The notes under the pieces are model-generated. The model searched no databases and was not told the origin of the DNA. It saw nothing but the letters and a program-made list of their open reading frames with translations. The translations under genes and the position numbers were made by a program. A stretch of 64,000 bases of DNA, from the IMG/VR virus record IMGVR_UViG_3300045988_121070; one strand, 5' to 3'. Positions 10,116 to 18,975 of the stretch are shown here, piece after piece. Position 1 is the first letter of the stretch, and every line of letters begins with the position of its first letter. This DNA is from a virus.

Positions 10116-10350
10116 TCTCTTTTACTTCATCAGGATTGTAGGGTTGGCCACAGAAAGGGCAATACTTCGGATAGAGGTTAATGTCCTTTGGGTTCTTCGC
10201 ACGAGAGCCATCCCTTTTGCTGGGATAGTAATAACCAGTAACGACCATACGAGCGGTGCCGTCACTCATCAGCGCATAGTTAGCAAGAGCAGAGTCATTG
10301 AATTTCTCCTTCAGTTGCTTATTCCAGTTGTTAATACAATTACATGCCAT
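10096..10350 (-). CDS. small zinc-ribbon-like protein
   Basis: 84-aa ORF with CNC...CPFC. Confidence 0.45.
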   Translation of the reverse strand: MACNCINNWNKQLKEKFNDSALANYALMSDGTARMVVTGYYYPSKRDGSRAKNPKDINLYPKYCPFCGQPYNPDEVKENGGDKV

Positions 10351-10597
10351 AATTTTTGCGTAAAAATTTGTCTAAGGATGCGAGAGAATTTTCTATTATA
10401 ATGATAACGATAGCCAATGCGCCAAAAAGACTGATGAAAGGAAGACAGGCAATCATCCAATCTCTCATATATGAAGAATGGAGGCGCTGACCATTTTTAA
10501 CCAGGCGAGAAATCTTCACAAGCTGGAATACTGATACTATAAGCATCGGTATCAAACAGCCGTAGAAGAGAATATCAAAAAACAAATCTTTCGTCAT
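10340..10597 (-). CDS. small membrane protein (2 predicted TM helices)
   Basis: two hydrophobic stretches, FFDILFYGCLIPMLIVSVFQLV and MIACLPFISLFGALAIVIIII. Confidence 0.5.
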   Translation of the reverse strand: MTKDLFFDILFYGCLIPMLIVSVFQLVKISRLVKNGQRLHSSYMRDWMIACLPFISLFGALAIVIIIIENSLASLDKFLRKNYGM

Positions 10598-11186
10598 TTT
10601 TACTTAGGAGTTTGAAGGTGTAGGCCACGACTGTAGGGTTGCTTTCCCAGGTGCCTTTGCCACAGATACTGTTGAACATGTCGGCGAATGCTTCGCGGGG
10701 GTTACAGTGGACGTAGTGGAAGATATGGACGTGGTACTTACCGTTAGCGAGACGCTTACGTTTGATGTCTATCCAGGTATAGTCGCCCTCTTCGCCCGTT
10801 TCGAGGTTCCGGCATGGAACGTCACCATGAACGATACCCTCACGCATGATGTCGGCATCAGATATATCCTGAAGGAGCTGGTTGCGCTTCTCGATGATTT
10901 CTATACGATGCTGCATCAGTTCTGGACGCACGTAGAGTTTGTTTTCCCAGCCAGGGTGACGGGTAGGGTCTTCACAATCGAGTTCACGTTTTAGGCGATT
11001 GAGGTAGGCTTGTTTCTCTACATCAGGAAGACCGCGATAGATGAAACCGTAGGCTTCGGAAATAGCCAGGACTTCGCCCACGTCATACTGGCGATCTGTA
11101 GTCAGTCGGCGTGTGTTGTCCTTCAGTCCCTCAATGATAAGTTGGGTGAGAGCCTGACGGAAACGGATAGAGCGTAACTTATTCAT
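10575..11186 (-). CDS. hypothetical protein
   Basis: 203-aa ORF. Confidence 0.5.
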   Translation of the reverse strand: MNKLRSIRFRQALTQLIIEGLKDNTRRLTTDRQYDVGEVLAISEAYGFIYRGLPDVEKQAYLNRLKRELDCEDPTRHPGWENKLYVRPELMQHRIEIIEKRNQLLQDISDADIMREGIVHGDVPCRNLETGEEGDYTWIDIKRKRLANGKYHVHIFHYVHCNPREAFADMFNSICGKGTWESNPTVVAYTFKLLSKNDERFVF

Positions 11187-11746
11187 TGCTTTATCTTTTG
11201 CAGGCGTTCGTCAATAAATTCGAGGTCATCATCATGGTATGTCATACCATTCTCGGTGTTGTGCCACATATTATAGTATGTGGTGTGGAAGAAGTCGATG
11301 GGGTGATCATCGACCAGCACTTCCTCGTCGGTATCGATGACACGGGCACGGATTTTGGGCCAATCCTTTTTATGTGCCATGCGACGCATCCAGTCCTCGT
11401 GTTTCTGACGGATAGACTCAGGATTGCGCCACTTGCATTCGTCGCAGCGGTAGTGGCCCATTCCGTCGCAAGAGCCTTCAGGCGTACCTTTTTCGTAATC
11501 GTCACAGTCGAAGTCATCGGCAGGCGATGCCAGTACCCGCTGGTTATCTTTGCCAAAAGAGGGCTGCTGAATAATCATTACCTTGGGAGCCAGTTTGCTC
11601 ATGCCTTGCATGAAGCTGGTCATTACAGGCATAGGGCATGGTTCATTAGACATCCGTCGGATGTTGACCATAGCAAGGCTTTTGCCTTCGTCCTCTGTCA
11701 CAAGGTCGAGCGCTATATAGACGCGATAGTTTTTCTTGTTTGCCAT
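11183..11746 (-). CDS. hypothetical protein
   Basis: 187-aa ORF with a 4-nt overlap downstream. Confidence 0.5.
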   Translation of the reverse strand: MANKKNYRVYIALDLVTEDEGKSLAMVNIRRMSNEPCPMPVMTSFMQGMSKLAPKVMIIQQPSFGKDNQRVLASPADDFDCDDYEKGTPEGSCDGMGHYRCDECKWRNPESIRQKHEDWMRRMAHKKDWPKIRARVIDTDEEVLVDDHPIDFFHTTYYNMWHNTENGMTYHDDDLEFIDERLQKIKQ

Positions 11747-11748
11747 TG

Positions 11749-11994
11749 TTAATTCTTTAATATGAGCCGGAGAGCGAAAAGGGCGTTACCAGCATCGCCT
11801 ACACGGACTACTTCGTTATATACTCGTTCAAGACTTCGAGGATTGACCTCTTTAAACTTGTTCATTTCAGGGACGGTCAGTTTGTGACCTGCAATCGTAG
11901 CGATTTTGAAGATCATGGCGGTGCGGCTGAGACCGTTGCCTGCAAAGGGTGATTTTGCCCCCCCCTGATGCTTGGATGTTTGAAATATATTCAT
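11749..11994 (-). CDS. hypothetical protein carrying an in-frame 8-nt homopolymer
   Basis: 81-aa ORF; C8 at 11958-11965 (sense G8-CAAAA) encodes QGGA. Confidence 0.45.
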   Translation of the reverse strand: MNIFQTSKHQGGAKSPFAGNGLSRTAMIFKIATIAGHKLTVPEMNKFKEVNPRSLERVYNEVVRVGDAGNALFALRLILKN

Positions 11995-12049
11995 GGGATT
12001 TTGAGGTTTTAAAGTCGCGATAAAATCGCGACATACAAGAAACGGGACA

Positions 12050-12412
12050 TTATTCGACTGGAATTACATTGGTAATGTCGTAGGCTTCACCACCTTTGCC
12101 AAAATCAACAGAGACACAACGGTCAGGACCACACCAGAAAACACCTGTATCGGCGAGAGTACCACGTTGTTTGCCAACCATGACCTTTTGACCTTTGCTT
12201 AACTTGCCGAACCATCGCTGTTGGAGAGTTTTACTCCAGATGACTTCAAGGCGTTTGCCGCTATGGTCGTAGTGTACTGCCATGCCACCGAAGGTTGGTT
12301 CAAGAGCTTCTACCTTTTCGACGATCTGACGTTTAGAGAGGACAACATCAAAGTCCAGTTTTGCCAGTAGTGCATCTGGCAGTTTTTTACGAATTGCTGT
12401 TATAGGTTCCAT
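12050..12412 (-). CDS. hypothetical protein
   Basis: 120-aa ORF. Confidence 0.5.
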   Translation of the reverse strand: MEPITAIRKKLPDALLAKLDFDVVLSKRQIVEKVEALEPTFGGMAVHYDHSGKRLEVIWSKTLQQRWFGKLSKGQKVMVGKQRGTLADTGVFWCGPDRCVSVDFGKGGEAYDITNVIPVE

Positions 12413-12413
12413 A

Positions 12414-13181
12414 TTAAAATAATGTTTGTTGTGATAATTCTATTTTGATATTCTTCTCAGCCATTGCGAAATACTCAGGATGAATTTCAAAGCCAATGTA
12501 ATGGCTTTTCTCCTTGATAGCTGCTATGGCTGTTGTTCCGCTACCTATGAAAGGGTCGAGAATTACCCCCCCCCGTGGCACGAAAAAATGTATGAGCGTC
12601 TGAGGTAAAAGAAGCGGGAATGCTGCCCGATGCTTACCTTTGTGGTTCTTTCCAATTCTCAACACATTGGATAGTTTACCACGTTCAGCGTTCAATAGAG
12701 GAAACTGGCGGCCTTTACAGTCGTGCTTATCGAAAGCGATGATAAATTCATACTCACAGTTGAGCACTCCTGAGTGCATGGCCGGTTCAGACGATTTCTT
12801 ATCCCAGATAAGGATATCACGGATGCGGTCAGCATAGTGGCCAAAGATTTTCATCAGAGCCACCTTATTACCTGTTATCATCATTATGTTATAGAAGACA
12901 GGTCCATTGCTGACACGTAACATTTCGTCGATACACTGACATTGCCAGTTGAAATAGTCATCCATTGACATTGCATCATTCACACGGTTGTCGTAACGAT
13001 TAGCAGGGAGGCCGGTATAACCAAACGTCTCTCCTTTCGTCCATTTGGTATATTTACCAGAATGGATGCGTAGGCCGAAGTTATAAGGCGGTGAAGTGAT
13101 AACAGCATTTACGCTGTTATCCTCCATCTGCCTCATTCCTTCGAGACAATCCATGTTGTATATGGTGTCAATGTTCATCAT
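12414..13181 (-). CDS. beta-class N4/N6 DNA methyltransferase (SPPY motif, possibly N4-cytosine)
   Basis: VITSPPYNFG (motif IV) then PRGGVILDPFIGSGTT (motif I); start trimmed to MMNIDTIYNMDC at 13181; C9 run at 12566-12574 is in frame and encodes RGGV. Confidence 0.85.
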   Translation of the reverse strand: MMNIDTIYNMDCLEGMRQMEDNSVNAVITSPPYNFGLRIHSGKYTKWTKGETFGYTGLPANRYDNRVNDAMSMDDYFNWQCQCIDEMLRVSNGPVFYNIMMITGNKVALMKIFGHYADRIRDILIWDKKSSEPAMHSGVLNCEYEFIIAFDKHDCKGRQFPLLNAERGKLSNVLRIGKNHKGKHRAAFPLLLPQTLIHFFVPRGGVILDPFIGSGTTAIAAIKEKSHYIGFEIHPEYFAMAEKNIKIELSQQTLF

Positions 13182-13182
13182 A

Positions 13183-14010
13183 TTACTTCTGCTCTTCAGG
13201 AATTGGTTTGAAGACCAGGGCCGACCATAGCGCAGCGAATTGGCGACCAGCGTATTTCGCAAGTTCGCTCGATTTGAAGGCCAGGCGAGCGCCGAAGCAC
13301 GCGTTCGAGCGCGAGAAACCGAGACTCGAGTCCGCAGCCGAAAGACCGCAGCGCGCACCGCTAGCCGCGAGACCCCCGACGATCAGCAGCTGTGCCTTAT
13401 CATCCTCACTCATTTCGTCTATCTCCTTCTGGGTATAGAGGTAGAAGTAAGGATAGTAGCGATATTCATCCTCAGTGAATTGTGGCACCCATCCTTCATT
13501 GAGGGCATAGGTGATGATGCGGAGCTGGATGTAAGCAAGCAGGTCAGGTGTACGTGGCGAATTAAACCAGAGGTCTATCATCAGTTCGTTAGCCAGTTTG
13601 TCGCCAGCCTGAGCACGGCGATTGAGGTCATTGCAAGCATCCTCAAAGGTCTTGATGCGTTCTGTGACGGGGCGGTTGTCTGGAGTTTCTGTTTCATCCG
13701 CAGGTATGATGCAAGACCAATCCTCTGCCAAAATATCCTCCCATGAGGGAATGTAGTAGGTGGCAGAAGCCGGTGTTTTACCGTCGTCTGTGAAGGTAAT
13801 CATAATCACCTGGTCGTGGTAGGATATTTCGCCACTTCCAACGGTGCTAATCTTTGGTTTGATAGATGCTGGCAGGGATGTCATCTTTGGCACCACATCC
13901 TTTGCTATACATTGGGGGATCTGCATGACGATTTCCTGATTGTCATGCCACGTAGAACGGGAGGCATGGCCACCCTTTTTCAGACATTCAATAACTGCTG
14001 GAAAATTCAT
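13183..14010 (-). CDS. DUF2829 (Tad2-like) N-terminal domain fused to an unknown C-terminal domain
   Basis: MNFPAVIECLKKGGHASRSTWHDNQ...YYIPSWEDILAEDWSCI fits the DUF2829 pattern; start trimmed to the ATG at 14010 because the upstream codons translate a hairpin element. Confidence 0.5.
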   Translation of the reverse strand: MNFPAVIECLKKGGHASRSTWHDNQEIVMQIPQCIAKDVVPKMTSLPASIKPKISTVGSGEISYHDQVIMITFTDDGKTPASATYYIPSWEDILAEDWSCIIPADETETPDNRPVTERIKTFEDACNDLNRRAQAGDKLANELMIDLWFNSPRTPDLLAYIQLRIITYALNEGWVPQFTEDEYRYYPYFYLYTQKEIDEMSEDDKAQLLIVGGLAASGARCGLSAADSSLGFSRSNACFGARLAFKSSELAKYAGRQFAALWSALVFKPIPEEQK

Positions 14011-14029
14011 ATTACTTTTGGTTATTAGA

Positions 14030-14085
14030 CCCCGCCGTTCTCGGCGGGGCATGGGTTATTGTTTTGTATCGGCGACAGAATCGCC
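14030..14085 (-). repeat. composite palindromic element, the only clearly inverted copy
   Basis: ccccgccg-ttct-cggcgggg (14030-14049) and ggcgacagaatcgcc (14071-14085); the latter lies inside the 3' end of the radical-SAM gene (LGDSVADTKQ). Confidence 0.7.
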
Positions 14086-14886
14086 GAGCACACTGTTATG
14101 TAGATCGGGACAGATAGACCAATCACGGCAGAAGCGGCGGATAGACTCTTTCCAAAGGATGCGGAAGTTGTGCTCTTTGGAGAGGCGCTGCACTTCACGG
14201 ATGAAGCGCTCGCACTGGGCGGAGTCGTAGCGTTTCTTGCTGTAAGGAGAGAGTAGGCCAATGCGGAACTCCTGGCAGTCGGAGGCAATGGTGCGGATGA
14301 TTGCCAGTGAGGAAACGAAGTCGATGACCGGCTCCATGCTGGCAAAGGTGCGGAACTGCATCTTTGAGAGATAGATAAGTGCTGTCTGACGCGATACGTT
14401 AGCCGGAGCACCAGGTTCGAGTTCGTCGTGGCCGGTGAGTGTGAAGCCGATGGTGAGGAGGTCACGGTGTGCATAGAGTGTGCCCATTACCCAATCCTCA
14501 CGTACCCACCATGTAGCCTTGGTGAGGATGATGACGGGCACCTGTTGGCTGAAGGCATATTCTATGCAGCTCAGGGTGAGCGTGATTTCCTCACGCAGCA
14601 TCGGGTCTGTTGAGAAAGAAAAGAACAGCCCGCCATCGGCGGTAATCTGGTCACGATATTTATCAAGTTCTTGGCAGAAAAGATGATACGCTTTCTTAGG
14701 ATCACCACCGAGTAGGGCCTTAATCTCTGGCACATCCTTACCGAGAGTATGGCCAAACACACCACGCTTACAGTAGCAGTAGGTACAGGAATGAGAGCAG
14801 CCGTTGTAGAGGTTGCAAGCCCATGTGCTGTATTCTGCAGCAGCACCGTTAGGGCGGTAGATGGCGAGGTTCTTTGTTTTACTCAT
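14056..14886 (-). CDS. radical SAM protein (SplB/DNA-photolyase-like class)
   Basis: ACNLYNGCSHSCTYCYCK contains the CxxxCxxC cluster motif. Confidence 0.75.
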   Translation of the reverse strand: MSKTKNLAIYRPNGAAAEYSTWACNLYNGCSHSCTYCYCKRGVFGHTLGKDVPEIKALLGGDPKKAYHLFCQELDKYRDQITADGGLFFSFSTDPMLREEITLTLSCIEYAFSQQVPVIILTKATWWVREDWVMGTLYAHRDLLTIGFTLTGHDELEPGAPANVSRQTALIYLSKMQFRTFASMEPVIDFVSSLAIIRTIASDCQEFRIGLLSPYSKKRYDSAQCERFIREVQRLSKEHNFRILWKESIRRFCRDWSICPDLHNSVLGDSVADTKQ

Positions 14887-14934
14887 TTATCATAATTATT
14901 ATTATATTGCAGTGGATATAACGCATCCATATAC

Positions 14935-15394
14935 TTAACTTTCGGCGGTTTGGCGAGCCTTTTCGCAGACGAAAATCAGTGCTTGTTTGAGGACACCTGT
15001 TGCTGTTTCCCACTGACGTTGCAGTGCGTTGATAGCCACTTTCTTCTCGTGTTTGAGGTCATAGATTTTCTTCTGCATATTGATGTCATTAAGTTGCATC
15101 TGATGATCGAGATTGTGCATTTCCTGACGCAGTGCTAATGCTTTTTCGCGCTCATCGGGTGTGCCACCAGAGGGCAGTTGTGACCGTTTGAGGTCGATAA
15201 GGCAGATGATGCGGTTGCGTTCTACCTGCTGTTCGGTACGGACGTTGAACACGTCATTGTCGCACTTGGTGCGGATCTGCATGATAGCTTCATCACGGTA
15301 GGTATTGACTTTACCAAACCATGCTCGTACTTCTTCCTCGGAGAGCTGTTTCAGGTCTTCCAGGGGGGGGGTAATTTACGAAATTTTGTTCCAT
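14935..15394 (-). CDS. hypothetical coiled-coil protein, frameshifted at a 9-nt homopolymer
   Basis: MEQNFVNYPP (ATG at 15394) joins LEDLKQLSEEEVRAWFGKVNTYRDEAIMQIRTK... only if the run at 15363-15371 (G9 on plus) is 8 nt. Confidence 0.55.
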
Positions 15395-15453
15395 TGTTGT
15401 AAGATATTAAGAAATTGATACTATTGAGAGCCAGCCGAGAGCGGCTGGGCACT

Positions 15454-16386
15454 CTATACAAGCGTAGCTGCTTCTCCGGCATAGATGCGCATGGCCGGAA
15501 GAATGGCATCGTGAATGAGTTGAGCAGCGATGTGGGCATTAGGATGCGGTTTGCCTGTCTCTCCAGTAAGACGGAGGCGCATGATGTTACGCCACTCGAA
15601 GACGTTATAGGTGTAGGCGACGCGTGTTCCAGCGTCGAGTACCAGAAATCCTCGTGCATCCTGAGCAGGAAGACCGAGTAAAAGGGCGAGTTTATAGGCC
15701 CATTCGCTACACTTCCACATGACACGGGCCAACAGTCGCTTAGACCAGTGAGCGCACTGGAACCAATGCGGCAGACAGATGGTAATACCACCCTTTTTGC
15801 CGAAGTTGACATAGCGGGTAGATTGTTCTGCGATGTTGTTGGGCGATGTGCGGTTTAGTTCACGGCTGGTAGATATCTGCGTGGTGACGCAAACCGTATA
15901 ACGCACCAGGTTCATAGCTGCTGGGAAATTATCAGACGTAGCGTGTTCGACGAACTGCTGGAGTGTCACCTCGTATGGACGCAGCTTTTCTTCGATGCTG
16001 GGACTATCCATGAGATACTGGATGTTGGTGCTGATATAATAGCAGCGTGTCTTTGCCTTTTTATCCTTATGATAGCGGATGCCCACATAGGGTGTGTTTG
16101 TGAGGACCGTAAAGAGCCAAAGCGGTGGTTGAGAGGACGCTTTCTTACCACCATTGCTGGGTGTAGCGTTAGTCAGTTCTGAAGGAACAACATCAGAAAT
16201 AATGAAGTAACGTGATCCATGTCTGAACATCGACAGATGGTTACGTTTCTTCAACATTTCGCAGAACTCTTCTGCGGTTTTCTTGCCGCCTTCAGAGGCA
16301 TAGCAGAGACGGGCAGCCCGTGCTACCTGTTCGTGCCAGTCTTCAGGAGCCGGCCAAAGTTCGACTGATGGTTTGATGAGATACAT
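15454..16386 (-). CDS. thyX: ThyX-like flavin-dependent thymidylate synthase
   Basis: ARLCYAS...NHLSMFRHGSRYF and STSRELNRTSPNNIAEQSTRY resemble the ThyX core and its RHR-type motif region; divergent. Confidence 0.6.
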   Translation of the reverse strand: MYLIKPSVELWPAPEDWHEQVARAARLCYASEGGKKTAEEFCEMLKKRNHLSMFRHGSRYFIISDVVPSELTNATPSNGGKKASSQPPLWLFTVLTNTPYVGIRYHKDKKAKTRCYYISTNIQYLMDSPSIEEKLRPYEVTLQQFVEHATSDNFPAAMNLVRYTVCVTTQISTSRELNRTSPNNIAEQSTRYVNFGKKGGITICLPHWFQCAHWSKRLLARVMWKCSEWAYKLALLLGLPAQDARGFLVLDAGTRVAYTYNVFEWRNIMRLRLTGETGKPHPNAHIAAQLIHDAILPAMRIYAGEAATLV

Positions 16387-16393
16387 ATTTTAT

Positions 16394-17386
16394 TTATCTG
16401 AGAGTTATGCCCACTTCCTTACACCTGGCAAAGAAATAGTTGATGGTGATGGTTGTGGGATTGTTGTTGTAATCGAATTTGCGCTGACAGTCGGTAGCGT
16501 TATACTTAGAGCTGATGGCAGACACACGATGGAAGAACTTACTACCCCATGGTTCAGGGAGTGTGGCCAGTGACATGCCGAGACGAATCCATACGTCGTA
16601 ATCGTTGGTGATATCGGTGTGTGTCAGTTCCAGTTTCTGCACCAGGCGCTCCACCTTATTGATAAGATCATCGTCCGTCTCGATGCGCTGTGTATAGACA
16701 GCAGCTTTCGGTGCCAACATCTGTTCGCCGAGGTCCACTCCAGAGTACGGAATGGCGTTGACGTTGATGTATGGCTTATCGTCGTAGGAGGCGAAGCGGA
16801 TGCGCGTGGTGTCAGCACATTTGCGGTCGAGTGTGATGCCGAGAGCACCATATTCGCGGATGAGTGCGGCAAACTGTTGGCGATGGTATTGCGGGTATGC
16901 CAGCGGTATGAGAGCGAAATAGCCCGTTCCTGAGCATGACTTCATCAGCAGTGCCACCTCTGGGCGGTGTCGGAGTGTGCGCAGGATAACCTTCATGTCA
17001 GCGAGCGACTGGTTATCCTGGTGATCGATGTCGATGCAAAGGAAGCCTGTGTGTTGCTGCAGATGAGCCTGGCGGCGCGACACATTCTCATAGCGCTGGT
17101 ATTTCTCATTCCACACCTCGCGAAGTTCAAAGAGGCCGGACAATGTGGCTCCAGGCAGGAGCGTCTTCGTCTGGCGGTAGTCATCCCGTGCCTTTGCCTC
17201 CTTTTCGCCATACTGAGCCACCATCGCCCTCAGTTTTTCGACCACAGGTTTCCAGCGGTCCGTCAGACAGAACTCGCGGATGGTCATCTGCTGGATGATC
17301 TCGCCAGTTTCCATGTCAACGAATCGCCCATAGTTGTCATGGGCATCAGTATAGACAGAGCAGAGAACGTCGAACGGGTCAGTCAT
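16394..17386 (-). CDS. BT4734/VirE-N-like (primase-associated) domain protein
   Basis: LCIDIDHQDN...SCSGTGYFALIP...DRKCADTTRIRFASYD pattern. Confidence 0.4.
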   Translation of the reverse strand: MTDPFDVLCSVYTDAHDNYGRFVDMETGEIIQQMTIREFCLTDRWKPVVEKLRAMVAQYGEKEAKARDDYRQTKTLLPGATLSGLFELREVWNEKYQRYENVSRRQAHLQQHTGFLCIDIDHQDNQSLADMKVILRTLRHRPEVALLMKSCSGTGYFALIPLAYPQYHRQQFAALIREYGALGITLDRKCADTTRIRFASYDDKPYINVNAIPYSGVDLGEQMLAPKAAVYTQRIETDDDLINKVERLVQKLELTHTDITNDYDVWIRLGMSLATLPEPWGSKFFHRVSAISSKYNATDCQRKFDYNNNPTTITINYFFARCKEVGITLR

Positions 17387-17389
17387 ACC

Positions 17390-17776
17390 TTATTTATTTT
17401 TATAATAGCGGTGGGTTAAAGCCCAGAACCATTCTACGGTGATATTGAGGAACCATGCTCCGAATAAGCCGGTACCAAAGAGCCAGAACGAGCGCCAGAA
17501 CATGAACGAGAGGCCGAAGGCGGTAGCAGCCATCAGCAGCTGTAAGCAGAACTCGGTAAAGTAGTCCTTTGCGAAATAACTGTGTCGCCAGCGCCATTCC
17601 TTTTCGTTGGAGGGGTCTTTGGCGAACTGAATCGTGATGCAGCCCACTGTTGAGAATGCTCCGAGGATGAGTCCGACAATGAATGAAGCACCCTGGATGA
17701 ATGGATGTTGCCATAGGAATATACCGATGATGGCGGAGAGGAATACCCAGTTGAGTAGGATGAGATAATGTTTCAT
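17390..17776 (-). CDS. membrane protein (about 4 TM helices)
   Basis: 128-aa hydrophobic ORF; -7 box TAATTTTG (plus-strand caaaatta, 17805-17812) 29 nt upstream. Confidence 0.55.
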   Translation of the reverse strand: MKHYLILLNWVFLSAIIGIFLWQHPFIQGASFIVGLILGAFSTVGCITIQFAKDPSNEKEWRWRHSYFAKDYFTEFCLQLLMAATAFGLSFMFWRSFWLFGTGLFGAWFLNITVEWFWALTHRYYKNK

Positions 17777-18549
17777 ATCTAAGATTATATTTGTTATTTT
17801 GGCGCAAAATTAAAGATAAACTTTGATTTTACAAAATAAAATACCAATTATTTTCTGATTTGATATAAGTTTTAACACTTCCGAGGGAGATTTTTCCCTG
17901 AACGAGGAGATTTTCTTCCTTGAACTATCAAAATAACTTTTTGCAGCCCCATCCATCGGAACATGCAAGGTTGAAATTCGGGTAAAAAGTCGTGGAGAGT
18001 TACGGAAAGTTGTCAAAAAGACGTTTTGTTTTTCGTGTAAGTCGCTGATATTCATAGTGTTATTATGGTAAAAGTTATTTTACCACCTTTTTCTTCAAAC
18101 TTTAGCGCATACAGGAGAAAAATAGAAATTCAGAAATAACACTGAAAAGGAGCAAAACACGCCGCTTAACTGCTAACCCCGTTCCCCCACAACTTATTGA
18201 TACTCAAAGGAGAAAGCGGAGCTTTCGCTTTATTGCTCAATCACTTTTAGGGTGCGGGATTTTATTTTTTCTCCAAAAGAATTTTTCGCAAAATTAGGAT
18301 GAGGTATGCCAAAATAATGTCATTTTGACTTTTTGGAGGGAGAAAATGGGCGCGAGGTGCGGTAGATAGGGAGAAGTGAGGGAGAATGATGCCATCCTTG
18401 AAATTACTTTTGCCGTCACTGAGGGGTGCGGGGTGGATAGATAGACCCAGCCGAGAACGGCTGGGAGTGGCTGAAGAGTCCTGGCCGCTATGACATAGCG
18501 ACATACAGAACGGGAGCGGGAAAATAATTAGAAAATAGTGGCGAGAAAG

Positions 18550-18581
18550 TTTGCGTATGTCGCGGAAAATGATTATCTTTG
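18550..18581 (+). promoter_or_regulatory. Bacteroidota-type promoter (TTTG at 18550-18553, 20-nt spacer, TATCTTTG at 18574-18581)
   Basis: matches the -33 TTTG / -7 TAnnTTTG consensus and spacing. Confidence 0.45.
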
Positions 18582-18587
18582 CACCAT

Positions 18588-18727
18588 AGATTAAATTGGG
18601 GTAATATGCGCCTTTTGTCGCTATATGGAAGATAGCGGCGTTGCCGCTATGAATGATACCACCGTAGGTGCCCGCCAGTGACACCGACACTGACACAGCG
18701 CCCAGCCGAGAACGGCTGGGCTTTTTG
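18588..18727 (+). ncRNA. candidate small RNA (~140 nt) between the promoter and a hairpin-plus-T-run terminator
   Basis: no ORF longer than 9 codons; internal hairpin gtcgctat/atagcggc with a G.U pair; terminator cccagccgagaacggctggg + cttttt at 18701-18726. Confidence 0.35.
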
Positions 18728-18975
18728 ATTAGTAACGAGCCACAGGGAGAGTACGGAGAGGATATTACCAACAGAGCGCGGAGGTGGCGATACAATCGCC
18801 ACACAATAGACGAAACGGGGAGAGAGAATAATTGTAAAGAACGCCAGAAAGGGCGCGAGAGAGAATATTACCAACGGAGCGCAAGAGAGGATATTAGTAA
18901 AGGCGGTGGCCGTGCTTCACAGCACAGCCACCGAACGAAAGAATTACCGACAGAGCGGTAGTACAAGATGTATCT

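Noticed and set aside
12414-13358. Extended N-termini offered by the track for several genes (12414..13358, 13183..14052, 31174..31662, 31590..32123, 38695..39201, 54987..55697, 57764..58177)
   Set aside because: The extensions overlap the preceding gene, translate hairpin elements or promoter boxes, or begin at non-ATG codons. Internal ATGs give proteins that start at conserved N-terminal motifs, so the coordinates were trimmed.
17810-18975. tRNA genes in the non-coding island and other intergenic gaps
   Set aside because: I could not fold any cloverleaf with a conserved T-loop (GTTCRANYC) by eye. This is a weak negative, and tRNAscan-SE should be run to confirm it.
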